A stretch of 64,000 nucleotides of DNA from Longimicrobiales bacterium. Its GTDB lineage: Bacteria; Gemmatimonadota; Gemmatimonadetes; Longimicrobiales; Gaopeijiaceae. The stretch is from positions 2,560,001 to 2,624,000 of the forward strand of contig OZ241869.1 of assembly GCA_965202805.1 (NCBI GenBank), read 5' to 3'. Shown here in pieces: positions 47,582 through 57,101 of this stretch (its first letter is position 1; every line of letters begins with the position of its first letter). The position numbers and the translations under genes were made by a program. The notes under the pieces are model-generated. The model did not search any database and had not been told where the DNA came from. It saw nothing but the letters and a program-made list of their open reading frames with translations.

Positions 47582-49090
47582 ATGAATCCTGGCCTCTCCT
47601 TCGAGCGCTTCCGCGACCTTGCCCGCAACAGCCGTCTGGTGCCGGTGTGGACGGAGTTGCTCTTCGATGTGGACACGGCGGTCACCGCCTACGCGCGGAT
47701 TGTGCGCCCGCCCTGGGGCTTCCTGCTGGAGTCGGTGGTGGGAGGCGAGCGCTGGGCGCGCTACAGCTTTCTGGGGACGGATCCGGCGGCGGTCTGGCGC
47801 CTCCACGGCGGCAGCGCCACCTGGTGGACGCGCGACGGCGGCTGGCAGCCGGTCGACGCCGAGGACCCCCTCGCCGACCTCTCGCGGCGGCTGGAGGCGT
47901 ACCGGCCGGCCTCCGTCCCGGAACTCCCCCGCTTCTGGGGAGGCGCCGTCGGGTATCTGGGATACGATGTGGTGCGCCAGCTGGAGCGGTTGCCCGACGC
48001 TCCGCCGGACGACCTCGACATCCCCGACGCGGTGTTCATGTTCACCGATGTCGTGCTCGCCGTCGACAACCTGCTGGGGCGGGCGAACGTCATCGCCGCC
48101 GTTCCGGTCGAGCCCGGGCTCGGGGAGGAGGAGCTGCGCGCCCGCTATGAGCGCGGGCTCAGGAAGGTCGCCGCCGTGATCCACTCCCTGCGCACGGCCC
48201 CGGCGCCCCCTCCCATGGAGCTGCTCCCCGAGCCCGCCTCCGACCCCGGGTTCGAGAGCAGCATGAGCCGGGAGGAGTTCGAGGGCGCCGTCGAGACCAT
48301 CCGCGACTACATCTTCGCCGGCGACGCCTTCCAGGTGGTGCTCAGCCAGCGGCTCCGGATGTCGCTCGCGGGTTCGCCCTTCGAGCTGTACCGGGTGCTC
48401 CGGACGCTCAACCCGTCGCCCTACCTGTACTTCGTCGAGCTGGACGGCGTCACCCTGGTGGGCAGCTCCCCGGAGCTGCTGGTTCGGGTGGAGGATGGCG
48501 TCGTGACCGTGCGCCCCATCGCCGGGACGCGCCCGCGGGGCGCCACCCCCGGGGAGGACGCCCGCCTGGCCGCCGAACTGGCCGCGGACGAGAAGGAGCT
48601 GGCGGAGCACCGCATGCTCGTCGACCTCGGGCGCAACGACGTGGGCCGGGTGGCGCGCTCCGGCACCGTGCGCGTCTCGGAGTTGATGGCGATCGAGCGC
48701 TACTCGCACGTCATGCACATCGTCAGCCGGGTGGAGGGGGAGCTCAGGGAGGGGCTTACGGCGCTGGATGCGCTCCTGGCCGGCTTCCCCGCGGGAACGC
48801 TCTCGGGAGCGCCCAAGGTGCGCGCCATGGAGATCATCGACGAACTGGAACCCGTGCGCCGGGGTCCCTACGCCGGCGCCGTCGGCTATCTGGCCTACGG
48901 GGGCAGGACGATGGACACCGCCATCGCCATCCGCACGCTGCTGGCGACGCGGGGGAAGGCCTACGTGCAGGCGGGGGCCGGGATCGTGGCGGACTCCGAT
49001 CCCGGCGCCGAATACGAGGAGACGCTCAACAAGGCGCGGGCGCTGCTCAGGGCGGGGAAGATGATCTCCGGGGCCGACTCGACGGACTGA
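47582..49090 (+). CDS. trpE: Anthranilate synthase component I
   Basis: LLESV, GGAVGYLGYD, FQVVLSQR, NPSPY, PIAGTRPRG, EHRMLVDLGRND, GTLSGAPK. Confidence 0.93.
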   Translation: MNPGLSFERFRDLARNSRLVPVWTELLFDVDTAVTAYARIVRPPWGFLLESVVGGERWARYSFLGTDPAAVWRLHGGSATWWTRDGGWQPVDAEDPLADLSRRLEAYRPASVPELPRFWGGAVGYLGYDVVRQLERLPDAPPDDLDIPDAVFMFTDVVLAVDNLLGRANVIAAVPVEPGLGEEELRARYERGLRKVAAVIHSLRTAPAPPPMELLPEPASDPGFESSMSREEFEGAVETIRDYIFAGDAFQVVLSQRLRMSLAGSPFELYRVLRTLNPSPYLYFVELDGVTLVGSSPELLVRVEDGVVTVRPIAGTRPRGATPGEDARLAAELAADEKELAEHRMLVDLGRNDVGRVARSGTVRVSELMAIERYSHVMHIVSRVEGELREGLTALDALLAGFPAGTLSGAPKVRAMEIIDELEPVRRGPYAGAVGYLAYGGRTMDTAIAIRTLLATRGKAYVQAGAGIVADSDPGAEYEETLNKARALLRAGKMISGADSTD

Positions 49091-49221
49091 GGCGTTTCCG
49101 ACACCCGTCCGCCGCCACGCATCCAGATCGGATTCGAGCGCGCGCGGCATCGCGCCGCCTGGTCCGCGCCCGTCCGTCGCCACCCCGCAAGTCCGGATTC
49201 GAGGGCGCACGGAGCGTCCGC

Positions 49222-50601
49222 TCAGGAGGCGAAGGCGCCGCTCCCCAGCTCCTCCAGCAGCGCGGCGAGGGCGACGATGCCCTTGTCGAAGTTCTCCAGC
49301 GGAAACCACTCGTCGGGGGCGTGCATGTTGGCCCCGGGGAGCGCGAACCCCAGAAGGAGCACCGGCGCCTCGAGGATGCGCTCGAACTCGCCCACGATGG
49401 GGATCGAGCCCCCCTCGCCGGTGAGCACCGGCGGCCGCCCGAAGGAGCGCGCCAGCGCCCGGCTGGCCGCGTCGATCAGGCCTCCCGACACCTGTCCCCG
49501 CCACGGCATTCCGCCATGCAGCTCCTCGATCTCGACCCGGACCTCCGGGGGCGCCACCCGCGCGACATGGGCCCGCAGCAGCTCCGCCACCCGCGCCGGA
49601 TCCTGGTCGGGAACCAGCCGGAAGCTGACCTTGGCCATGGAGTGCGCCGGGAGCACCGTCTTGGCGCCTTCGCCGGTGTAGCCGGAGAGGAGGCCGTTGA
49701 CCTCGCAGGTGGGACGGATCCAGAGGCGCTCCAGGGTCGAGTACCCGGCCTCGCCCGAGAGCGCGGCCACGCCCACGCCCGCGCGGAACTCCTCGTCGTC
49801 GAAGGGCAGCGCGCGAATCTCCGTGCGGGTCTCCCCGCCCCAGTCCACGACATCGTCGTAGAACCCCTCGATCGCGATGCGCCCGTCGCCGTCGTGCAGC
49901 GTTCCCAGGATGCGGGCGAGCGCCATCGCCGGGTTGACCACCCCGCCCCCGTAGCTGCCCGAGTGCAGATCGCTGGCAGGCCCGTGCACGGTGATCTCGA
50001 AGTAGGCCAGGCCGCGCAGCGAGAAGAGCACCGAGGGCAGGCCGGGCGCGAACATCGCCGAATCGGAGATCACCACCACGTCGCACGCCAGCCGCTCGGC
50101 GTGCGCCTCCACGAACGGGATGAGGTTGGGCGAGCCGATCTCCTCCTCCCCCTCGGCGAGCACGATCAGGTTGACCGGAAGCCGGCCGTCGGCGGCCAGC
50201 AGCGACTCCGCGGCCTTCACGTGCAGGAAGAGCTGTCCCTTGTCGTCGGCGGACCCCCGTGCGTAGATGCGCCCGTCGCGCACGTCCGGCTCGAAGGCCG
50301 GAGCCGTCCACAACTCCAGGGGCTCGGCGGGCTGGACGTCGTAATGGCCGTACACCAGCACGGTGGGGGCGTCCTCCCCCGCTCCGCGCCACTCGCCGAG
50401 CACCACCGGGTGGCGCGGCGTCTCCAGGATCTCGGCCTCCAGGCCGATGTCCTGCATGCGTTCGCGCAGCCAGCCCGCGGCGTCGCGCGTGTCCCCGTTG
50501 TGTTCGGACTTCGCGCTGATGGAGGGAATGCGCAGGAAGTCGAAGAGCTCCGCCAGAAACCGGTCCAGGTTGTCGGCGGTGAATCGCTCCGCAGCCGTCA
50601 C
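49222..50601 (-). CDS. M20-family dipeptidase
   Basis: YGHYDVQP, ARGSADDKGQ, EGEEEIGS, DLHSG, GGSIP, HAPDE; GTGA overlap with the upstream gene. Confidence 0.93.
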   Translation of the reverse strand: MTAAERFTADNLDRFLAELFDFLRIPSISAKSEHNGDTRDAAGWLRERMQDIGLEAEILETPRHPVVLGEWRGAGEDAPTVLVYGHYDVQPAEPLELWTAPAFEPDVRDGRIYARGSADDKGQLFLHVKAAESLLAADGRLPVNLIVLAEGEEEIGSPNLIPFVEAHAERLACDVVVISDSAMFAPGLPSVLFSLRGLAYFEITVHGPASDLHSGSYGGGVVNPAMALARILGTLHDGDGRIAIEGFYDDVVDWGGETRTEIRALPFDDEEFRAGVGVAALSGEAGYSTLERLWIRPTCEVNGLLSGYTGEGAKTVLPAHSMAKVSFRLVPDQDPARVAELLRAHVARVAPPEVRVEIEELHGGMPWRGQVSGGLIDAASRALARSFGRPPVLTGEGGSIPIVGEFERILEAPVLLLGFALPGANMHAPDEWFPLENFDKGIVALAALLEELGSGAFAS

Positions 50602-50876
50602 ATCCACCCCCGAATGCCCCAGCGGTAGGTCCAGGACATGAGCGCGGCCAGCACGACCGCGCCGATCATCCCTCCCGCGCTGAGCGCCACGGGATCGTCG
50701 AATTCGAGGATGCCGACGCCCAGCATGCCCCCGATGACCGCGCCGAAGGCCCCGAACACCGCCAGCAGCCAGGTGTGGCCGGCGGTCTCCTCGGGCCGCT
50801 TCACCACCACCTTCATCATCAGCCCGATGAAGGCGCCGACAACGATCCACACACCGACGCCGATCCAGTTCTCCAT
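50598..50876 (-). CDS. GlsB/YeaQ/YmgE-like small stress-response membrane protein
   Basis: 92 aa, three Gly-rich TMs (WIVVGAFIG, GAFGAVIGG, GAVVL). Confidence 0.75.
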   Translation of the reverse strand: MENWIGVGVWIVVGAFIGLMMKVVVKRPEETAGHTWLLAVFGAFGAVIGGMLGVGILEFDDPVALSAGGMIGAVVLAALMSWTYRWGIRGWM

Positions 50877-51016
50877 GGCGCTATCCCGAAATCCGGTTGA
50901 GGGAGTTGGTCGAGCAGCCCGTGGACGAACTTCCCCCGGCATTCGAACGGATTCATCCACGGACTGCCAGCGGCGAAAATCTACCCGCGCGCGGAGCGGG
51001 AAGCCACCCCGGGGAC

Positions 51017-51649
51017 CTACCCTCTGCCCATCCGCCGCTTCAGCTCCGCGAGGCGCTCCTCCAGGTTCTCCTCCCCGGAGGGCCCGGACTCGAATTCCCG
51101 GTCGAATGCGGCGGCGGCTTCAGCCTCGGACTCGGTGCCGGAGACCTTCTCTCCCATGCGGTCGAAATCGTGGAAGAGGTCGTCGGCCCTGCCGAGGGTC
51201 TCGCGCGCCTCCGTCCGCCCCGCGGTGGCGCCGAGCGCCTCGCTCTTCTGACGGGCGACCTTGATCTGTTCCAGCATCTCGTCCACGTCGCTCCGGCACA
51301 CCGTGAGCTCGCGCAGAATCGCCTCCGCCTTGCCCTCGAGCACCTGCGCGCGCTCTTCGTGCTTCCTGGCGAATTCCTCCGCCACGCGGACCGTTTCCTC
51401 ATCGCCGATGCGCTCGGCCTGCTGCTGGCGCCGGCGGCAGATTTCGGCCTGCTCCGACTCCCGCTGCGCCCGGGCCCGTGCCGCGGCCAGGTCCTTTTCC
51501 AGCTTGCCGACGTAGGCCTTGGCGTCGGTGGCTTCGCGGTACATGCCCGCGAGCAGGCCGTCCACCGTCTCGGGGATCTGGTCGCGATTGAGTTCGGTCT
51601 TGAAGTTCTCGACGGCTTCCCGGAACGCGGCTCGGAGCTTGGCGAACAT
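51017..51649 (-). CDS. PspA/IM30-family coiled-coil protein
   Basis: MFAKLR amphipathic start, long coiled coil, FDRMGEKV, ERLAELKRRMG C-terminus. Confidence 0.8.
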   Translation of the reverse strand: MFAKLRAAFREAVENFKTELNRDQIPETVDGLLAGMYREATDAKAYVGKLEKDLAAARARAQRESEQAEICRRRQQQAERIGDEETVRVAEEFARKHEERAQVLEGKAEAILRELTVCRSDVDEMLEQIKVARQKSEALGATAGRTEARETLGRADDLFHDFDRMGEKVSGTESEAEAAAAFDREFESGPSGEENLEERLAELKRRMGRG

Positions 51650-51704
51650 GTGACGTGGATGTCCTTCCCGGGATGGCCCAGCTGCACGCTGCGGCCAGCG
51701 CCGC

Positions 51705-52331
51705 TCAGTTCAGGTAGGGTTCGATGCGCTGGGCGAAGGAGTTCCGGGCCCGGTGCAGGCGGCTCTTCACGGTGCCAAGGTTCACGCCGGTGATCTCGGC
51801 GATCTCGTCGTAGCTCTTGCCGTCGAGCTCCCGCAGGCGGAAGACCATCCGGTGATGCTCGGGCAGCTGGGCGACCGTGTCCTCGACGAGCCTCTTCAGG
51901 TAGCGCTTGCGGTAGAGCCCGTCCGGGGACATGGAGGAATCCTCGAACTGGAGGGGCCGGGGATCGTCTTCCCAGCGGCTGCGCAGCACCTGGAAGAGTA
52001 CCACGGGGCTGCGGGACCGGTTGCGCAGTTCGTTCTTGGAGAGATTGCTCGCGATCGTGTAGATCCAGGTGGAGAACTTCTTGGTCGTGTCGAAGCGCCG
52101 GAGGTGCCTGGCAACCCGGATGAAGGCCTCCTGGGTCAGATCCTGCGCGCGGTCGGCGTCCCCCGTCTTGCGGACGATGAAGTGGACGAGGCGCTCGCGA
52201 TACCGGTCGAAGAGCTTGGTGAAGGCCCCGCGGCGGTCGTGCAGATGCGAGACCACCAGCTCCTCGTCGCTCATGCAGTCGAGCGGCAGTCCGGAGAGCA
52301 GGTCTGGTTCGCGCACTTTGGACTCCGCCAT
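51705..52331 (-). CDS. ECF-family sigma-70 factor
   Basis: AQDLTQEAF, FSTWIYTIASN, SYDEIAE, GTVKSRLHRAR; AAGGAG RBS. Confidence 0.93.
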   Translation of the reverse strand: MAESKVREPDLLSGLPLDCMSDEELVVSHLHDRRGAFTKLFDRYRERLVHFIVRKTGDADRAQDLTQEAFIRVARHLRRFDTTKKFSTWIYTIASNLSKNELRNRSRSPVVLFQVLRSRWEDDPRPLQFEDSSMSPDGLYRKRYLKRLVEDTVAQLPEHHRMVFRLRELDGKSYDEIAEITGVNLGTVKSRLHRARNSFAQRIEPYLN

Positions 52332-52571
52332 CGGCTTCTCCTTCACACCACCACCGTACACCCCGCACCCCCGGCCATCCCCTCGGGCCGTGCGGACGGA
52401 ATCCGCGTCAGACCTGTGCGCCAGCCTGCGGAGAGCCGGGGTTGCCCACCTCGGAATATGCCCGCTCCCAAGGCGTTACTCAAGTGTGACGGATGCCTGG
52501 CGAGGGTGCGGCGGCCCCGGTGGCACGCTCGTTCGCGCCCGGGGTGCGCGGCGTGCCGCCTGATGCCGGAC

Positions 52572-53687
52572 TCAGACCGGACGCTGCTCCAGCGAAAGCA
52601 GCGTGCCGCCCCGGGAGATGCCCTCGTAGAGCGCCTGTTCGGGCGCGGGCTGCCGGTCGCGGGAGGCGAGCGCTTCGTCGGCCGCGGCCGCGACCTCGTC
52701 GGTGACCAGCTCCTCGATCGCCCGCAACCGGTCCGGATCGACGTCCCGCGCCTCGAGGTACGCTTCGTAGAGGCCGACGGGATCCCGCCGGCCCCAGCGC
52801 TCGAACAGCTCCGGGGGGAAGGTCTCGCGGGCCTCGCGCTCGTCGTGGGTGGCGTGTCCGCCCATGCGGAACGTCGAGGCGACGATGATGGCGGGACCGT
52901 CGCCGGCGCGGCAGGCGTCCGCGGCCATGCGGGTCACCGCGTACACGTCCAGGATGTTGTTGCCGTCGCAACTCCAGCCCTGAACGCCGTACATCGCCGG
53001 CCAGGCCTCCAGGCTGCCGGCGCCGTGCTGTTCGAGCGGAGTGCCGAGCGCCACCTGGTTGTTCTGGATGATGAAGATGGCCGGGAGCCGCTGGACCGCG
53101 GCGAGGTTGAGCCCCTCGTGGCACTCGCCGGTCTTGGTGGCGCCGTCGCCGATCCAGGTGAGGGCGACGCGCTTCTGGCCCAGGTTGCGAAAGGCGAGCG
53201 CCACCCCCGCCATTACCGGCACGTTGGTGCCCATGTGGCTGATGGGCTGGATGACGCCCTTGGCCAGCGCGCCGATGTGCAGGTCGCGTCCGCCGTTGGG
53301 CCCGTCCTCGGTCGCGAGGTAGCCGCGGAAGATGTCGGCCACCGGCATGCCCATCATGTGGCACGCGCCGGCGTTGCGGATCATCGGGCTGACGATGTCG
53401 CGGGTGGGATCGAGCGCGCGCACGCTGCCGACCGTGACCGCTTCCTCGCCGGTGGCGAGCCACGCCTTGGAGATGACCCCCTGGCGCACCCAGCGCTTGA
53501 GCCCGATGTCGTGAAGGCGGGTGGTGAGCAGGTCGCGGTAGAAGGCGAGCAGGTCGTCCTCGGAGAGTTCGGCGATGAGCGCGGCGCGGGAGGGCTCGGC
53601 CAGCGTCTGCTCGAACGCGCGCACCAGTTCCGGGTCGGCTGCCCAGTTGCGGTACTCGGGCGGATCGAAGGCGGGATAGCGTTTCAT
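52572..53687 (-). CDS. TPP-dependent 2-oxoacid dehydrogenase E1 alpha subunit
   Basis: TPP motif IGDGA...QNNQ; DGNN; FRMGGHATHD. Confidence 0.9.
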   Translation of the reverse strand: MKRYPAFDPPEYRNWAADPELVRAFEQTLAEPSRAALIAELSEDDLLAFYRDLLTTRLHDIGLKRWVRQGVISKAWLATGEEAVTVGSVRALDPTRDIVSPMIRNAGACHMMGMPVADIFRGYLATEDGPNGGRDLHIGALAKGVIQPISHMGTNVPVMAGVALAFRNLGQKRVALTWIGDGATKTGECHEGLNLAAVQRLPAIFIIQNNQVALGTPLEQHGAGSLEAWPAMYGVQGWSCDGNNILDVYAVTRMAADACRAGDGPAIIVASTFRMGGHATHDEREARETFPPELFERWGRRDPVGLYEAYLEARDVDPDRLRAIEELVTDEVAAAADEALASRDRQPAPEQALYEGISRGGTLLSLEQRPV

Positions 53688-53754
53688 GGGGCGACAGCCC
53701 CGACCGGAGCAGCGCCCCGGCTCGGGCGCACTGATGCGACCGCGGGACGTCCGA

Positions 53755-54222
53755 TCATCGATCGGCCGTGGCCGCGCGATGAACCCGATACGTGCACATG
53801 TCCTGCACGACCCGGATGCCCCGGGCGCGCGCCGCGGCCGCTTCCTCGTCGGCCCGGATGTCCTCCTGGAGCCACACCACCGGACGCTCCGGACGGGCGG
53901 CGGCCTCCGCCAGGTGGGTTCCCGCCTCCTCGGACGGCCTGAAGACGACGACCATGTCCACGGGCTCCGTGACCTCCGCGAGCGACTTCCTCGCGGGCCT
54001 TCCCAGGATGCGGGTCGCGAACGGGTTGACGGGCAGGATGTCGTACCCCTTGGCCGCCAGGTAGGACGGCACCCGCCGCGCCGCCTTGGTGGGATCCCGG
54101 GACATGCCCACGACCGCGATCGTCCTCACGGAGCGCATGATGTCCAGCAGCTCCGCGGCATCCGGATTGTCCGGATCCGAGGATTCCTGCAGCAGCACAT
54201 CGAGAGCGGTCAGGTTGGTCAT
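53755..54222 (-). CDS. CoA-binding protein (YccU-like)
   Basis: TIAVVGMS, PVNP, VDMVVVFRP, VWLQ, VQDMC. Confidence 0.9.
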   Translation of the reverse strand: MTNLTALDVLLQESSDPDNPDAAELLDIMRSVRTIAVVGMSRDPTKAARRVPSYLAAKGYDILPVNPFATRILGRPARKSLAEVTEPVDMVVVFRPSEEAGTHLAEAAARPERPVVWLQEDIRADEEAAAARARGIRVVQDMCTYRVHRAATADR

Positions 54223-54542
54223 GGCTGGAGCATCGGGAAGTGCGTCGCGCGCCCGGTTGGCATTGGCCGGCGAGCGCGCACCGTCGGCAGTCGGGGTCGT
54301 CAGGATACGGGATGGAGGGGCAGGGAGCAACGGTGCGGCGGGCCGGCTGGCGAGCGGAACTTGCCGTTGCCCCGCACACCGGCGGGGGCGGGGGGCGCGG
54401 GGGTTGCCGAGCCTCCCGATCGGGACGCGAGTACACCGGGCCGAACCGGGCAGCGGTTGCTCGCACTTCGCCGGGTCGCCATCATCCCCGGCGTCTGCGT
54501 TCCGGACATCTTCGGAATGCGGGGCTTCGGAGGGAGACCACC

Positions 54543-55364
54543 ATGGATATGCTCGGATACATTCTGTTCTTCGGCGCGGTCGCGGCCCTGCCCGTGGTTT
54601 GGCGGGTGTCGGGCCAACGGGCGGCGGCGCGGTATCAGCGCGCGCTCGAACGCCTCCACGCGGAGGTACGTTCCGGGAACATCGAGGGGGACGACAATTC
54701 GCTGCCTGCCGGGATCAGGGCGGTCCGCCAACGCCTCGCGAGCGGGTGGATGCCGGTGCGGGGCGCTTCCCCGGAGATCCTCTCCCGCCTCGCGCAGTTC
54801 CTCCAGCTAGCCGTCGTGAAGCCGCTCGTTCAGGCCCTGCACGCCCGCGGCCGTGGGGTGCGGCCGCGCATTCAACAGGCCCTCGACGCCATCGAGGACA
54901 TCGAGTTCTACGCGGAGACGCCGGAGCTGGCACGCGCCTCGGTTGACCTGGTCGACGCGGTGCAAGGCGTGGCTCGTGAATTCCAGAAGGCCTTCAAGGT
55001 CGAAGTGAAGCTGGATCTGCCGGGAGAGCCGGTGCCGTGTCGCGCGGACCTCGCCGCGCTGCAGGATGCCGTCTACATGATTCTGGCGAACGCCGGGCGC
55101 CACGGGGGCGGAGAACCGATCCGGATCTCGCTTCGGAACGCCGCCGGCTCGGCGCGGATTGTGGTGCGCGATGCGGGCGAGGGCTTCCCGGATGAGGCGC
55201 TGGCGCGCGCGACGGAGCCCTTCTTCAGCACGGTGCCGGGCGCGCTGGGACTGGGGCTGACCCACGCCCGCTACGTCGTCCAGACCCACGGCGGGACCCT
55301 GGAGGTGCGGAATCGCGGCGGAGGCGGGGAGGTGGTGGTGGGGTTGCCGGCGGGAGAGGGCTGA
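54543..55364 (+). CDS. Membrane-anchored HATPase_c (histidine-kinase-like) protein
   Basis: N-terminal TM; N box ILANAGRH, G1 DAGEG, F box PFFST, G2 GLGL. Confidence 0.82.
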   Translation: MDMLGYILFFGAVAALPVVWRVSGQRAAARYQRALERLHAEVRSGNIEGDDNSLPAGIRAVRQRLASGWMPVRGASPEILSRLAQFLQLAVVKPLVQALHARGRGVRPRIQQALDAIEDIEFYAETPELARASVDLVDAVQGVAREFQKAFKVEVKLDLPGEPVPCRADLAALQDAVYMILANAGRHGGGEPIRISLRNAAGSARIVVRDAGEGFPDEALARATEPFFSTVPGALGLGLTHARYVVQTHGGTLEVRNRGGGGEVVVGLPAGEG

Positions 55365-55472
55365 GCGTCCCGCGAGGAGAGCCGCTGAGCTTCACCTGCG
55401 AACGCTACCCGGCCTTCACGACTCGGCTCCTGCCTCGCCACCAGCGTGGGATGGCGGCAGGGCTGCGGCTCG

Positions 55473-55997
55473 TCACCACTCGTAGGGCGTAATCGAGGTG
55501 CCAGCCATCTTGAAGGACGCCGATCCGTACAGGTTCGTCGTCTGCTCCAGGGTCAGGGTGCCGTGGATCCAGACGGGATTCCAGAAGGAGACCGGCACGC
55601 GCTGGCTGTTCTCCATCCTGACGTAGACCAATTGGTTCGGGGGCGGGGGCGGGGTGTGCACGCAGGCCCCGACGTACGGGACCAGGAGGAACTCCGAGAC
55701 CTCGCCGGCCCAGTCCTCCAGGGGGACCATGAATCCGGGCACCTTCACTCCTCGCCCCACGACCGACTCGAGTGCCCCGGATACCTCGCCCGTGCGGTAG
55801 TCCAGGGAGGCCAGCAGCTGCCAATCCACCTCGGAGGAGTCCCCCGGGACACTGGCCGCGCGGATCCTCGCTCCACCGTTCGGATCGGCCAGGACGGAGC
55901 GGGGGCCCGACGTGAGCGCAAGCCAGCCGCCCATGAGGGCCAGGGCGAACTGGAGCGGCGTCCAGGTGATCGGGAATCGGCTGCGCGGCTTTGGCAT
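55473..55997 (-). CDS. DUF3299 domain protein
   Basis: VKVPGFMVPLE, EFLLVPYVGACVHTPPPPPNQLVYV. Confidence 0.9.
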   Translation of the reverse strand: MPKPRSRFPITWTPLQFALALMGGWLALTSGPRSVLADPNGGARIRAASVPGDSSEVDWQLLASLDYRTGEVSGALESVVGRGVKVPGFMVPLEDWAGEVSEFLLVPYVGACVHTPPPPPNQLVYVRMENSQRVPVSFWNPVWIHGTLTLEQTTNLYGSASFKMAGTSITPYEW

Positions 55998-56032
55998 GGG
56001 ACGGGATCCTCGCCCCTTCGGGGAACCAGGAG

Positions 56033-56056
56033 ATGATAACGAGAATACAATATCAT
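56033..56056. promoter_or_regulatory. Fur/Zur-like operator between the divergent DUF3299 and DUF2796 genes
   Basis: AT-rich ATGATAACGAGAATACAATATCAT; ATGATA/TATCAT inverted ends; ATGATAACG shared with the 56989 palindrome. Confidence 0.6.
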
Positions 56057-56113
56057 TCAGACGCCTGCACTGTTGTCCCTGTACGCACGCAACCCCCCAC
56101 CGGTTCCTTCACG

Positions 56114-56845
56114 ATGAGCTTCACCACACTCGATCGACCCCAGGTCCGCTCCCGTTTCGTCGGGTGGACGATCCCGTGCCTTCTGCTGTTCGTCGCATGC
56201 GGCGGTTCATCCTCCCCGGATCCTGGTCCCCCCCTGGTCGAGGGCGAACGGCTGGGGACGGCCGGGGCCCACGAACACGGCATCGCCCGACTGGGCCTGG
56301 CCGTGGACGGCACCCGCCTCACCGTCGACCTGGAACTCCCGGCAGAATCGGTGTTCGGCTTCGAGCACGCCCCCCGCTCGGAGCAGGAGCGGGCCACCGT
56401 AGCGGAGGCCCTCGACAGACTCCGAACCGGTGGCGCGCGTCTCATCGCCTTTTCGGACGGGACGGCCTGTACGCTGGATTCGGCGGAGGTGCAGGGGCCC
56501 GAAGGTGCAGAAGACGACCATGCCGGCGAGGACGAGGACGCTCACGAGGAAGAGCACGCTCACGACGAAGACCATGCTCACGAAGAGGAGCATGCTGACG
56601 AGGACGAGCATGCCCACGAGGACGAGCACGCTCACGAGGACGAGCATGCTCATGAGGACGAGGGCACCGTCCACCAGGACGTGCACCTCCTCGCCTCCCT
56701 GACCTGTTCCCGTGAGCCCATCGGACCGGCGAGCCTGCGGTTCGCGGATCTCCTGCCCGACGTGGCGCAGGTGGACCTGACGGTGTTCACCGCGCTGGGG
56801 GAGGCGGCCGGCCGCGTCGCGCCCGACGCCTCGTTCCGGTTCTGA
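56114..56845 (+). CDS. DUF2796 / ZrgA-like His-rich metal-binding lipoprotein
   Basis: Lipobox FVAC; AHEHG, FGFEHAP, His/Asp/Glu tract, HQDV. Confidence 0.88.
   Translation: MSFTTLDRPQVRSRFVGWTIPCLLLFVACGGSSSPDPGPPLVEGERLGTAGAHEHGIARLGLAVDGTRLTVDLELPAESVFGFEHAPRSEQERATVAEALDRLRTGGARLIAFSDGTACTLDSAEVQGPEGAEDDHAGEDEDAHEEEHAHDEDHAHEEEHADEDEHAHEDEHAHEDEHAHEDEGTVHQDVHLLASLTCSREPIGPASLRFADLLPDVAQVDLTVFTALGEAAGRVAPDASFRF
56528..56662 (+). repeat. Coding 18-bp tandem repeat (about 7.5 copies) encoding EDEHAH
   Basis: Units such as GAGGACGAGCACGCTCAC with synonymous and conservative variation. Confidence 0.9.
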
Positions 56846-56980
56846 GCTGACGAGCCGGGAGTTCTTTCCCGCAGGTGTCAAAACCCGTCCCGGCGTGAGC
56901 GGCTCGGGCTCGCCTTCCGCCTGAGCCCGGCGGAGGCGTCTTCATCCTCGCGGTCGTCACCGAAGCAGGGCGTGATCCCC

Positions 56981-57010
56981 TTGCCCGCTAATGATAACGG
57001 GTTATCATTA
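56981..57010 (+). promoter_or_regulatory. Perfect Fur/Zur-like palindrome overlapping a promoter
   Basis: TAATGATAAC-GG-GTTATCATTA at 56989-57010; overlaps TTGCCC-N16-TATCAT. Confidence 0.8.
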
Positions 57011-57101
57011 CGGCCAAGCACTCACGCCCCCTCTCTCTTGTCGGGAGCGAGACACCATCGACCGCGCGCAGCACAGCGGGCGTAAGCAAACGGGAGTCCC
57101 A

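Noticed and set aside
56528..56662. CRISPR-like array
   Set aside because: No unique spacers; in-frame coding repeats with synonymous variation; no cas genes
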